From an uncultured bacterium (GTDB lineage: Bacteria > Desulfobacterota_D > UBA1144 > Nemesobacterales > UBA2774): a DNA stretch of 64,000 nucleotides. The DNA is taken from positions 2,656,001 to 2,720,000 of the forward strand of contig CAWGRW010000009.1 of NCBI GenBank assembly GCA_963825135.1, given 5' to 3'. Made by a program: the position numbers and the translations under genes. The notes below the pieces were generated by a model that worked only from the letters and a program-made list of their open reading frames with translations, had not been told where the DNA came from and did no database searches. Below, piece after piece: positions 1 through 9,603 of this stretch (position 1 is its first letter; each line of letters starts with the position of its first letter).

Positions 1-247
1 GAGTGTCCCCGGTGACCGTAACCGGGTCGCGGGTCATTACGGAGGCTACACTCAACCCGGGCTCGGAAAGGGTTTCCACGACGGCGAGTCTCAAGTCCCT
101 GTCGGTGACTATCCCCGTAAGCTTTCCCCCCTCGACTACAGGGGCCTGACGAATCTTGAGGTCTGTGAGCCTTCCGAATGCGACCCTGACGTCCTCATCG
201 GGCGAAAACGTAACAGGGTTTGCAGTCATGCATTCCTTTACGAGCAT
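1..247 (-). CDS. CBS-domain protein (partial, runs off the window edge)
   Basis: Manual translation from ATG at 247 (GGAGG RBS upstream): MLVKECMTANPVTFSPDEDVRVAFGRLTDLKIRQAPVVEGGKLTGIVTDRDLR. Classic CBS pair and a paralog of 16289..16879. Not in the ORF track. Confidence 0.85.
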   Translation of the reverse strand, partial: MLVKECMTANPVTFSPDEDVRVAFGRLTDLKIRQAPVVEGGKLTGIVTDRDLRLAVVETLSEPGLSVASVMTRDPVTVTGDT

Positions 248-587
248 AGGTGTTCCTCCCTGATCATTAGTCCGCCGGGACGCTCAATCTCCCGACATGA
301 CATATAATTTGCCCATTCGGCGCGGGAAATCCAGCCCCGGGTCAAAAATACCGAAGACATGGGTTCTTTTAGGCCGGTCCCGGAGATTCCGCTACTATCC
401 GGGATGGAAAAACGTCTCTTTTAATTTCAAGATATTGGAATTATTATTTACTGCCCGGAGTGAAAATCATCTTATACAGGTGGGGCGTCTGCTCTTCAAA
501 TTGGATATTGACGGCCTGCGAATTATTGGTGGTTATAATATATATACGGTATATCGATTAAATCATCTTTAAAGGAGGGGATTTCAA

Positions 588-1418
588 ATGCGTTCGATTA
601 CATCATTAACGGGTTTTGTTTTAGCATCATTCTTATTGGTTTTTTCAATTGTGAAGGACGTAAGGGCCGGAGACGTCGAGTTTTACATCACGGACACGTT
701 CTTCCCGAATTCTTCGACGAGGTTCTGCTGGATATGTACGGGACCCGCTTTCAGGAGCACTGGACTCCATTACTTCACCACACCCCTGCAGCGGACTCAC
801 TTTTACACGGCTGCGGACGGGATCGGAGACCAGTACGGCGATTGGAAATGCTGGTTTAACGATGCAAATAATGTAGGTGACGAACTCGCGTGCCTCGGTC
901 CCCGTGCGGGATTTAGCCATGCCTTTGACTTTTCAATACCGAAAAACACTATAGCGGTTGACTTTGTCGAAGTCGGCTCGGGATACGATGTCAGGCCGAC
1001 CAAAACCAGAGCAGTTGCAACCGGAGATGTATCCGCGGAGGCAGCTGCCCCCGAAGAGGTCCAGACCGCCGCTCTCGGAGACGACTCGAGAGAAGACAAG
1101 CCCGACAGTGATACTTTCACTTTCGATGCGGTCGAAGGGGACGCTATAGTCCTCAGGCTCGAAGGAGACCCGGCCAAAGGACACCTCGGATCGCTGGCGA
1201 GACTTAAGCTCCGCCCTGCCGGAGCCGCCTCCGGTGAAGAAGTAGTCGAGGGCAGTGTTCCCCTCAGGCTGAAAACTACTATATCGGAAACGGGGACGTA
1301 CGAGGTCGTCGTCGAGCAGGATGACAAACAGAAAGACGATTGGTTCAGGGGAGATTACTTCCTCGTTCTCAGGCCTGGCATTGCGGAGTTCGTGCCGGGC
1401 GAAGACGTCGAGCAATGA
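588..1418 (+). CDS. Secreted hypothetical protein; Cys-containing N-terminal domain plus C-terminal PPC-like beta domain
   Basis: AAGGAGG RBS, signal peptide ending VRA-G, and a C-terminal 'DSDTFTF...GD.I.LRL...TGTYEVVV...Y.L.L' pattern resembling pre-peptidase C-terminal domains. Confidence 0.65.
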   Translation: MRSITSLTGFVLASFLLVFSIVKDVRAGDVEFYITDTFFPNSSTRFCWICTGPAFRSTGLHYFTTPLQRTHFYTAADGIGDQYGDWKCWFNDANNVGDELACLGPRAGFSHAFDFSIPKNTIAVDFVEVGSGYDVRPTKTRAVATGDVSAEAAAPEEVQTAALGDDSREDKPDSDTFTFDAVEGDAIVLRLEGDPAKGHLGSLARLKLRPAGAASGEEVVEGSVPLRLKTTISETGTYEVVVEQDDKQKDDWFRGDYFLVLRPGIAEFVPGEDVEQ

Positions 1419-1494
1419 TCTCTTAGTGCGCTGAAATCCGCAGGGTGAAAACACCTGACTCGTTATTATTCGAGACCGGGCGGCGGAGCGCGTT

Positions 1495-2112
1495 TTATCG
1501 TTCCGCCGTGCCCGCAGGGTGCTGTCCGTTATTAAACCCGAGCACCCTCAGTGAGGAGGACGTGGTTTCCTCGATCAGCTCCGCGTACGGGGTATCGAGC
1601 ATGCCGCTCTTGTAGAAGAGTATCGCCCTCGTGACCATGCCGATGACGTAGGCCGCGCCCAGTTTCTCTTCCATCCCCCTGAAGACCCCGTCCCTGACCC
1701 CTTCGCCTATTATAGCGACGAATATGTCCATGGGCTTCTTCTTGTCAGGGGGCATCTTCCGGAGCTCTGTATAGTGGCCGATCATTATGTAGGCGTAAGC
1801 GTCGGGTTCGCGCTCGGCAAACCCGAAGAATGTCCTGACGGCGGCCGAGAGCTTCTCCGCGGGATTCCCGGAGGACGAGGCCGCTTCCGAAAGCACGTCC
1901 CTGAACATATCCATGTACCGGACGAAGAGCTTATAGGCCAGGTCCTCCTTGCTCTCGAAATAGTTATATATAGAGCCTTCCGAGACCCCGGCCTTCCTCG
2001 CGATTTCCTTCGTCGTCGTGCCGGCAATACCCTTTTTGATAAAGAGCCCGAGCGCAGCGCTCTGTATCTTCTCCCCGGGGTCTATCGCTTTGGCGCTCTT
2101 ATGTGTATCCAT
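1495..2112 (-). CDS. TetR/AcrR family transcriptional regulator
   Basis: N-terminal HTH 'LFIKKGIAGTTTKEIARKAGVSEGSIYNYFESKEDL'. Confidence 0.95.
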   Translation of the reverse strand: MDTHKSAKAIDPGEKIQSAALGLFIKKGIAGTTTKEIARKAGVSEGSIYNYFESKEDLAYKLFVRYMDMFRDVLSEAASSSGNPAEKLSAAVRTFFGFAEREPDAYAYIMIGHYTELRKMPPDKKKPMDIFVAIIGEGVRDGVFRGMEEKLGAAYVIGMVTRAILFYKSGMLDTPYAELIEETTSSSLRVLGFNNGQHPAGTAER

Positions 2113-2206
2113 GTTATAAAAACCGAATCAATATGATATGCGTAATATTTCTGAACTCAATCTATTAATCCGCCTCAATAAATCTTACCGCATCCGGTAG
2201 CGCAGC

Positions 2207-2641
2207 TTATTTTATAAGCTCGCCGAAGCCCCCGAGAGCCTTGCCGCCCTTATAGAGCGGGCTCGCGTTCATCTCTTCCCCGCTCGCGAAAGCGGCAATA
2301 TTATATCCCATCGGTGATTTCAGTTCGGGGTTCCGGAGATAAAACGCTTTTCCGGCCTCGAGCCACTCCCCGGTGCCGTAGTCCGTCACGTACACGGCGA
2401 GAGCGTTTTCCCCGCCCTTCCCGGCCTCTTTCATGTAATCGATCATGCACCCCGCGTCGTCGAATTTTTTAGCCTCTCCGTTTTGCGTGATGTACTGGGC
2501 GGCGAAACGCCTGTCGCTTATAATCATCCTGCACCTCTCGCAGACGTCCTCCCCGAAACGGACAGCCTGAGGGCCCGTATCGACCCTGTCCTTACAGGCG
2601 ACGAAACCCAGGAGCACGAGCAGTATGAGCATATATTTCAT
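2207..2641 (-). CDS. nosL: NosL copper-chaperone lipoprotein
   Basis: Lipobox FVAC, CxxCxM (CERCRMII), FDDAGC and SPMG motifs; lies in the nos cluster. Confidence 0.92.
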   Translation of the reverse strand: MKYMLILLVLLGFVACKDRVDTGPQAVRFGEDVCERCRMIISDRRFAAQYITQNGEAKKFDDAGCMIDYMKEAGKGGENALAVYVTDYGTGEWLEAGKAFYLRNPELKSPMGYNIAAFASGEEMNASPLYKGGKALGGFGELIK

Positions 2642-3477
2642 GTCTCTTCCCTCCTCAATACGGTGAATGTTATGAATGCGAATATAAACGGCACGATGGT
2701 CCAGAGCGCCAGCACCGAAAGCAGGAGATAAATGACCCCTTCCCTCCCGAACGTCCTCACGGCGTATATGCCGACCGGGCCCAGTATCTCGAACCTCGGG
2801 CTCAGCACGAGGACGGAGGCTATCTTGAATACCTCGGCCGGGTTTAAGAGCGCGAGCGCAAACACCTGCTTGATGCCGAGGTCCATAGCGACCGCGGTGC
2901 CCATGATGCCGAGGTCGCCCAGTATGATATAAAGAAGCCAGAGGAACACCGCTATGCCTATGGCCTTCGAAGACCTCCCCGATAAGACCGAAACCGCGAG
3001 CCCCACGCTCAGGAGCGACGCCGCCAGGAGCCCCGAGAGGAGCGCCGTAAGTATGAATTCAGCGCTGTCCCCGCTTCCGCCCTTTAGCGCGACGCCCACG
3101 CCCGCCAATCCGAAACCGAGCGATATAGAGATACAGATGGGCAGGAGGATCCCTATGAATTTTCCGGTGAACACCTCGGCCTTCGTAACCGGATGAGACA
3201 GCAGGTACTGGAGCGTGCCGCTCTCCCTCTCTCCGGATATGGATATAGAGCCCGTAATCAGGGCGATTAGCGGGACGAACAATAGGACGAGGTTGATCAG
3301 GCTCGCCGCCGTCCTGCCGTATCCCGAGATGCCGGCTATCTCGTCCCTCCCGGGGGAGATAGACAGTATCAGCACCGCCAGCACCGAGAAAGCGACAGTA
3401 TATATAACGAACCACCTGTTCTTGAGCGACTCCCTCGTTTCCTTGCCCGCAAGTATCAGAATATTCCTAAGCTCCAT
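2638..3477 (-). CDS. nosY: NosY ABC transporter permease
   Basis: Multi-TM protein with 'GERESGTLQYLLSHPV'; directly downstream of nosF. Confidence 0.92.
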   Translation of the reverse strand: MELRNILILAGKETRESLKNRWFVIYTVAFSVLAVLILSISPGRDEIAGISGYGRTAASLINLVLLFVPLIALITGSISISGERESGTLQYLLSHPVTKAEVFTGKFIGILLPICISISLGFGLAGVGVALKGGSGDSAEFILTALLSGLLAASLLSVGLAVSVLSGRSSKAIGIAVFLWLLYIILGDLGIMGTAVAMDLGIKQVFALALLNPAEVFKIASVLVLSPRFEILGPVGIYAVRTFGREGVIYLLLSVLALWTIVPFIFAFITFTVLRREET

Positions 3478-4366
3478 CCCCGCCGGCTCCTTCGATTATA
3501 TTTTCCATGGTCGGTTCCTCGACGCTGAACCCGAGGACCGGTATGTCCTTCGACATAAGCTCCCTCAGCGGACGGAGGCTGTCCCCTCCCTTCACCTCGA
3601 TGAGGAACCCCCTTCCGTTCCTGCCGTGGACTATAATGCCCGCGCCCGAGAAAGCGGATGCGGCGCGCGAGGCGTACTCCTCCGGCACGGCGATATTCAT
3701 TTTCGTTCCGAGCCCGAGGGACTCCCTCAGCCCGTGCGGCTCCTCGTCCATAACGACCCTGCCGTCTTTCATGACCACGGCCCTGTCGGCCAGATAGTCC
3801 ACCTCGTCGAGCCTGTGCGAAGAGAAAATCACCGTCTTTCCTTTTTCCTTATATTCCCTTATCAGCTTCAGGAACTCGGCGCGCGCGTGCGCGTCCAGGT
3901 TGGAAGTCGGCTCGTCAAGGATGAGGAATTTCGGCTCCGATAGGAGGGCTATGGCGAACGAGAGCCGCTGCCGCATGCCTCCCGAGAGCTCAGAGGCGTA
4001 TTTCGATGCGTGCTCGGCGAGCCCGACTCTATCGAGGACGGACATGGAACCCTTTTCGTCGACTTTCCTGAGACGCGCGAAAAAACGGACTATGTCCATG
4101 GCGCGCATATCGTAGAATAGCGGCTCCTGCGGGAGGTAGCCGATGAGGGACCTCGCTTCCTTCGAGCGTTCCTTGACCCTGAGCCCGCTCACGATGATTT
4201 CGCCCGTGTAATCAAGTAAACCGAGTACGCATTTTATGAGCGTGCTCTTGCCGGCGCCGTTTGACCCGAGGAGCGATACCGCTTCTCCCTTCCTCACGGA
4301 AAAGCTCACGGAATCCACCGCCGTTAATTTCCCGAAACGCTTCGTTACGTTTTTAATCTCGATCAA
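3467..4366 (-). CDS. nosF: NosF ABC transporter ATPase
   Basis: Walker A GSNGAGKS, LSGGM signature, ILDEPT; between nosD and nosY. Confidence 0.92.
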   Translation of the reverse strand: MIEIKNVTKRFGKLTAVDSVSFSVRKGEAVSLLGSNGAGKSTLIKCVLGLLDYTGEIIVSGLRVKERSKEARSLIGYLPQEPLFYDMRAMDIVRFFARLRKVDEKGSMSVLDRVGLAEHASKYASELSGGMRQRLSFAIALLSEPKFLILDEPTSNLDAHARAEFLKLIREYKEKGKTVIFSSHRLDEVDYLADRAVVMKDGRVVMDEEPHGLRESLGLGTKMNIAVPEEYASRAASAFSGAGIIVHGRNGRGFLIEVKGGDSLRPLRELMSKDIPVLGFSVEEPTMENIIEGAGGDGA

Positions 4367-4379
4367 TTAAGGCTCCCGT

Positions 4380-5774
4380 TCACCGCTTTATAAAATAGCC
4401 GTAAAAAAGCAGGGGAAGCAACACCATGGACAGAGACAGCATGAGAAGCCGCGGGGACAGCGCCCTTTCCTCGGTTCTCAGATCAGGCGGTATCATGGCG
4501 CGGACACTCGGATAGTCGTCCGTCAGCTTGGGCTCGGGCTTTATTACCGGGAACGCCTCCGACGCGAGCTCTATAGCGTTCGCCACCGGGCTGAATACGA
4601 AGATCCTGAGCTCGGGCTTCGAGTCTATCAGGCTCTCGAAGAGGCTCTCGGATTTATAGGGTATCTCCCCTATGCCGTCGCCGTCCTCGTCGTATCCGAC
4701 GTAATCGCTCCAGTAATTCCCGCTCTTGTCCTTAAACCACCTGTTGCCCTTAAGCCCCCCTCCTCCCCTCACCTCGATCTGCTCGTCGTTGTCCATGAAG
4801 GTGTTCGAAACGAACTCGTTCCTCTCTATGGACGGCATCATCGACACGCCTATGTCGTTGAACGCGATAAAATTGTTGTCTATTTCGTTCCAGGAATCGA
4901 TTAGGTAGGGCGAGTTGTCGAGGAATATCCCGACGCGGTTGTCCGCGATGAGGTTGTCTTTGGCCACTACGTCGTCGAGGTCCTTGAACCCGATCCCGTA
5001 TCCGGTCCCAATGCCCCGGTTGCTTATAAACTTGTTACGGTAGAACTGTATGTCCACGCTGTACATGAGGAACCCGCCGACGAAGTTGTTCCTGAATATG
5101 TTGTCCTCGAACCTGTTATGGTTGCTCGACATGTAATGGAGCCCGTACCTGCCTTCCTCGACGATGTTCCCCTTGATAAGGGTATTGCCCGACCACCATA
5201 TAACGAGGTCCCTGATTAATGTTATTTTGTTGTCGAGTATTTTCGTGCCCGAGCTGTACCAGAGGCGGACGCCGTCCCCCCTCTCGGGCATCGGGACGTC
5301 CTTACCCCTTACGGTATTGCCGCGGATTACCGTGTCGGGCGAGTTCTTGATGTATATGCCGAAGAGCACGTCCCGGAGCGTATTGCCTTCGATAAGGCTT
5401 CCGCGCGCCGAGTCGAGAAGAATTCCCGTGTCCTCGTTCGAGAGGCGGGAGCCCGACCCCGTGACGACGAATCCCTTGAATACGCAGTCGGGGGCTGTGA
5501 TCTCGACCACGGTCCCCGTCCCTCCGCCGTCAATAACGGGGTTGCCGACCCCGGTCAGGTTAAGAGTCTTGTCTATGACCAGGCGCTCGTGATATACGCC
5601 GCTCTCAACGCTTATGGTGTCGCCGGGGGAGGCCGATTTTATCGCTTCCCCGACCGATCTTAGAGGACCCGAGGGGGACACGATTCTCGTCTTTTCCAAA
5701 GCGCGCCCGTAGGAAGCTCCGGAGAGGGCGAGAACAACTGTCGCACAAATATGAAGTATCAGGTATTTGGTCAC
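4380..5774 (-). CDS. nosD: NosD periplasmic copper-binding maturation protein
   Basis: Parallel beta-helix repeats with 'RYGLHYM' and 'GNYWSDYVGYDEDGDGIGEIPY'. Confidence 0.95.
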   Translation of the reverse strand: MTKYLILHICATVVLALSGASYGRALEKTRIVSPSGPLRSVGEAIKSASPGDTISVESGVYHERLVIDKTLNLTGVGNPVIDGGGTGTVVEITAPDCVFKGFVVTGSGSRLSNEDTGILLDSARGSLIEGNTLRDVLFGIYIKNSPDTVIRGNTVRGKDVPMPERGDGVRLWYSSGTKILDNKITLIRDLVIWWSGNTLIKGNIVEEGRYGLHYMSSNHNRFEDNIFRNNFVGGFLMYSVDIQFYRNKFISNRGIGTGYGIGFKDLDDVVAKDNLIADNRVGIFLDNSPYLIDSWNEIDNNFIAFNDIGVSMMPSIERNEFVSNTFMDNDEQIEVRGGGGLKGNRWFKDKSGNYWSDYVGYDEDGDGIGEIPYKSESLFESLIDSKPELRIFVFSPVANAIELASEAFPVIKPEPKLTDDYPSVRAMIPPDLRTEERALSPRLLMLSLSMVLLPLLFYGYFIKR

Positions 5775-5799
5775 GGGTCACCTTGTACTTTTGCTTTCC

Positions 5800-6453
5800 T
5801 TACCTGCCGCCGGCATCGACGAGCAGAGGCTTGTAAGCCCTCCTGTGGAAATAGAGGCCGACCAATATGAGAACGGACGCCGCGATAGATAGATAAAGGC
5901 CTATTTCCCAGGTTGCCGTGGTGGAGAACTGGGCGATCTTACCCTCACCCAGAATAGGCGGAACGAACGGTTTTATCGCCCCGCTCAGTGCGGCATTTCT
6001 ATCGAGGTTCAGACCGAAGTTCCGCATCCAGAAATAGAGGTCCCCCACAAAGAACGCCGGATACATCACGGCCGGTATGCATAGGATCAGCGCGAGCGGG
6101 TTGTGGACGTAGACCGCCGCCGCTATGAGGAGCGCGAGGCCTATCACTATGAATATGCTGAGCGTGCGCTCGAGGACCGCGGCCTCGCCCATCGGCTTCA
6201 TTCCGATATAGTGGTTGAGCTCGTCTATTTCCTGGACGTCCCCCGTTAGCCTGTTCACGTACATGGTGGCCGCGAGGCCCTGCGGATACTGGGGAGCGAA
6301 AAGCGTGATTTTCCAGTACGGTAGAAATATCGAGATAAAGAGCAGCACCGCTGCGGCAACGAGCACGAAAGAAGGCACGAGAAATCTCTTTCTCTCCTTC
6401 TCCCAGAGCTCCTTCGGTATCCGCGGTCCTATTATCAATTCATTTTCTTTCAT
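5800..6453 (-). CDS. nosB: NosB-like membrane protein of clade II nos clusters
   Basis: 'PYW.ITLFAPQYPQGL...IDELNHYIGMK' motif and 4 TM segments; between nosZ and nosD. Confidence 0.8.
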   Translation of the reverse strand: MKENELIIGPRIPKELWEKERKRFLVPSFVLVAAAVLLFISIFLPYWKITLFAPQYPQGLAATMYVNRLTGDVQEIDELNHYIGMKPMGEAAVLERTLSIFIVIGLALLIAAAVYVHNPLALILCIPAVMYPAFFVGDLYFWMRNFGLNLDRNAALSGAIKPFVPPILGEGKIAQFSTTATWEIGLYLSIAASVLILVGLYFHRRAYKPLLVDAGGR

Positions 6454-6515
6454 AATGAGCCCTCCGGGCTTTCTGTGTTGTTACGGCTAATCCTTCCGAT
6501 AAATCTGCATGGGTG

Positions 6516-6917
6516 CTATAAACCGCTCAGAATGCTTTTCGCGTTCAGGCCCGCCGTTGCGGCTTTCACGTAATATTGCCACGACATGTTGTAATCGTTG
6601 CTGGCCTTCTCGTAGTCTTCCTTCGTCATGGCTTCGTCGGCCGCGGCCATGCTCTTGTCGCCTTCCCCGAGCCATGTCACCGCGTCCGTAATGAGCCCCT
6701 TTACGTCGGCGTTTCCCTTGTCCCCGGTCTTCCCGAGCTCATCGGCGACGCCCACTACCACTACCCTCGTGTCCTTGGCCTGCTTCTGCCAGGACAATGC
6801 GCTGTCTTTCCACGCGGAAGGGTCCGCCGCCTGAGAGGATGCGGCAGTAATAAACAAAACGCTTAACAGAATAATTGCCGTATACAATTTCTTCGCGTTT
6901 AATACGTTCATTTTCAA
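6516..6917 (-). CDS. Secreted alpha-helical hypothetical protein inside the nos cluster
   Basis: Co-oriented ORF with a Sec signal peptide (SQA-A); no heme motif or known domain recognised. Confidence 0.75.
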   Translation of the reverse strand: MKMNVLNAKKLYTAIILLSVLFITAASSQAADPSAWKDSALSWQKQAKDTRVVVVGVADELGKTGDKGNADVKGLITDAVTWLGEGDKSMAAADEAMTKEDYEKASNDYNMSWQYYVKAATAGLNAKSILSGL

Positions 6918-6940
6918 ACCCCCTTTTTCGAATTTAATTT

Positions 6941-7001
6941 AAAAACAGAGGGCGCCCCTTCCTTCACTTCCCGTGACTAAAGATCCGGGAGAGACGCCCT
7001 C
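6941..7001 (-). terminator. Long hairpin with T-tract downstream of nosZ
   Basis: GAGGGCG...CGCCCTC outer stem and TCCCG/CGGGA inner stem, followed on the minus strand by TGTTTTT. Confidence 0.5.
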
Positions 7002-7007
7002 GGTAAC

Positions 7008-9050
7008 TCACGACTTCGGTTGTTTCGGCTGTACCAGCATATAGCCCATCATCTCCAGGTGAAGCGCGGAGCAGAATTCGGTGCAGTAGAACGGGAACAC
7101 TCCCGGCTTGTCCGCGACGAACTTGACCGTGCTGCTCTCGCCCGGCTCGAGACTCAGGTTCACGTTGTAGCCGTCGATGGCAAACCCGTGCGTGGCGTCC
7201 CTCGCGCGCTCTACGTTCGTGATGTGGAGTGTGACGTTGTCGCCTTCCTCGAGCATTATGTGCTCCGGATTGAAGTGGCTCCTGATAGCCGACATCCATA
7301 CCTCGACGTTGTCTCCGTTACGCACGATCTTTTCGTTCCCTATCGACGCGGCTTCCGGATCGACGCTCATGGTCGCCGGGTTGAATCCGACTTCCGGGTA
7401 AACGAGCCATGGCTTAAGCTTGTCGGCCTTTATCATCTGCACGTAGTGAGGCTCGCCCACGCCTATGGGCATGTCGTAGAGGAGCTGCATGTTCTTGCCC
7501 GATATGTCTATGAGCTGGAAGTTCTGAGGATGCAGAGGCCCTACGGGAAGGAACCTGTCTATGGACCACTTGTTGAGCGCGACGCAGTATTTCCCGTCGG
7601 GGGACACCGTATCCCCTTCGGCGCAAACTACGTGGCCGATGTTGTACTGTACCGGTATCTTCTCGACTACGGTCCAGGCGTCGGGTCCGTCGTACTCAGG
7701 GGGCCCGAGCCTCCATTTGGCCAGGGTGCTCTCTACGAATACGCTCGTATAAGCGTTGCCCTTGTCGTCGAACTGGGTATGAAGAGGGCCTAATCCAATC
7801 TCGACCTGCTTCTCCATTACGTCGTTGAAGTTGAGGATCGGGACTCCGTATGGGTCCTTTCCCTCGATCTTGTTGTTCTTGATGGCGTCCATTATCTTGT
7901 TGAAGGAATAGACGGTGGCATGGGTGTCGAGCTTGCCGGACGCGATTATGAAGTTACCCGTTGGGGAAACGTCCACGCCGTGCGGGCTCTTGGGTACCGT
8001 CATGAAATACAGAAGCCCTTCCGCGACCGCGGTATCGAGCGAAATGATGTTCATCCCGTTTAACTTCTTGTACTTGCCCTGTTTAAAGACTTCCTCGGCC
8101 TTCTTCCAGTTAAATACATGGAGGTAATCCGCTTCCCTTTGCGACACGCCTGCCTCATAAGGCGGGTTCCCCTCGTTTATTCCGCCTGTCGCCATCTCTG
8201 AATTGATGGAGTTGCAGAATGCCCATCCGTCGCTCACCTTCTTTCCGGCGTCGCAGAGGTCCTGCCAGTAAGGCGGGAGCACTATGGCGAACGACTGGGA
8301 TTCGTCTATCCTGCCCTTCTCCCTGTCGAACTTGTGGAACGTGATGAGTCCCCTGTACTTTTCCTTGTACTGGTCCATCCCCGCGTAATCATCGAAGGGG
8401 AGAGGGGCCGCGTACTGGGTAGTCTCGATAACGTACTCCGTATTAGGCGTTACAAAGGTTGCGCCGTGATCGGAGATCGTATTGGGGTTCTTTAATATCT
8501 GCTTGGTTTCGAAATCGCGCAGGTCTATGACGGCTACCCTGGCGTTCGCCTTGTCGTTCACAAACAGGAACTGACCGTCGTAATCCCCGTTCGTTTCGCT
8601 GAGCCCCGGGTGATGGACGTCGGCCCACGAAAGCGTGTTGTCCTTTTTCTCGGGCATGTTGCCCTTTGCAAGAATGTCATGGGATTCCACTGACCCGGTC
8701 CCCCATCCCTGCCAGGGCTCCGGCGTAAATACGGCTATCGACTTGAGAAGCCTCATGGAAGGGACTCCTATCACGAACACCTGACCTGAATGCCCGCCTG
8801 AGGCGAACATAACGTAATCGTCAAATTTCCCCGACGGCACGTAAGTCTTGAGAGCCGCAACGACGTCCTTGGGCGTAAGCCCCCTCGACGCCGCTATCTG
8901 CTCAGCGCTTTCCGGTAATTCCGTGCCGGCTGTCTCCTGTTTATCCGCCTTCTTCTCGGTGCCGGCGTTCTTACAGCTCGTAAAACAAACCGGCGCGAGA
9001 GCAAGCAGAAAAACAGGCAATAACGCTAATAATCTTTTAATTCCTATCAT
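7008..9050 (-). CDS. nosZ: Sec-dependent (clade II) nitrous-oxide reductase
   Basis: CuZ His motifs (DVHH, DHG, PHG, PLH, EPH) and C-terminal CuA (HGF...CTEFCSALHLEM). No twin-Arg signal. Start placed at 9050 from the AGGAGGTG RBS. Confidence 0.98.
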   Translation of the reverse strand: MIGIKRLLALLPVFLLALAPVCFTSCKNAGTEKKADKQETAGTELPESAEQIAASRGLTPKDVVAALKTYVPSGKFDDYVMFASGGHSGQVFVIGVPSMRLLKSIAVFTPEPWQGWGTGSVESHDILAKGNMPEKKDNTLSWADVHHPGLSETNGDYDGQFLFVNDKANARVAVIDLRDFETKQILKNPNTISDHGATFVTPNTEYVIETTQYAAPLPFDDYAGMDQYKEKYRGLITFHKFDREKGRIDESQSFAIVLPPYWQDLCDAGKKVSDGWAFCNSINSEMATGGINEGNPPYEAGVSQREADYLHVFNWKKAEEVFKQGKYKKLNGMNIISLDTAVAEGLLYFMTVPKSPHGVDVSPTGNFIIASGKLDTHATVYSFNKIMDAIKNNKIEGKDPYGVPILNFNDVMEKQVEIGLGPLHTQFDDKGNAYTSVFVESTLAKWRLGPPEYDGPDAWTVVEKIPVQYNIGHVVCAEGDTVSPDGKYCVALNKWSIDRFLPVGPLHPQNFQLIDISGKNMQLLYDMPIGVGEPHYVQMIKADKLKPWLVYPEVGFNPATMSVDPEAASIGNEKIVRNGDNVEVWMSAIRSHFNPEHIMLEEGDNVTLHITNVERARDATHGFAIDGYNVNLSLEPGESSTVKFVADKPGVFPFYCTEFCSALHLEMMGYMLVQPKQPKS

Positions 9051-9091
9051 ATCTGCACACCTCCTCATGTGTGATGGGTTTTTTAAATCAG

Positions 9092-9481
9092 TTACTTTTT
9101 GTTGGAATCCTCGTATTTGAAATAATCGATAAGGGTCTGTATTTCCTCGTCGGAGAGCCCCAGGTTCGGCATCGGGACCATATACACACCGAGCATCTCC
9201 TTTGCCACAGGGTCAGTCATGATCATGGTGTCGGGAGACTTGAGCCACTTCTTGAGCCACTCCTCGTCCCTCCTTTGCGTAACGCCCAGCAGATCGGGCC
9301 CCGTGATTTTGCCCTTCCCTATGGAATGGCACGCCGTACATCCCCGCTCCTGGAAGATCTTTTTACCTTGTTCGACCTCCGCCTGATCTCCGCGGGAGGC
9401 GGATATAAACAAATTCAAGCTCAAGGTGATAACGAGCACCGTCAATAGAACCCCGAACAGGGGTGAGATAATCTTTTTCAT
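9092..9481 (-). CDS. Monoheme c-type cytochrome (NosC-like, probable electron donor to NosZ)
   Basis: CTACH...GPDL...MP motif and an N-terminal hydrophobic segment; immediately upstream of nosZ. Start reassigned to MKKIISP. Confidence 0.9.
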   Translation of the reverse strand: MKKIISPLFGVLLTVLVITLSLNLFISASRGDQAEVEQGKKIFQERGCTACHSIGKGKITGPDLLGVTQRRDEEWLKKWLKSPDTMIMTDPVAKEMLGVYMVPMPNLGLSDEEIQTLIDYFKYEDSNKK

Positions 9482-9603
9482 GGGTATCAAAAGCCTCCTT
9501 TTACTGCTGCTATTATGAAAATTAAATGCCAGTCGTAATTCCCTGTAATTATTTGTATTAATAAACCTGCCCGTGTCGATTGTCCGAAAATAGTACAAAA
9601 AAA

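Noticed and set aside
297..572. 91-aa ORF in the divergent intergenic region
   Set aside because: No RBS or recognisable motif, and it overlaps AT-rich promoter-like sequence.
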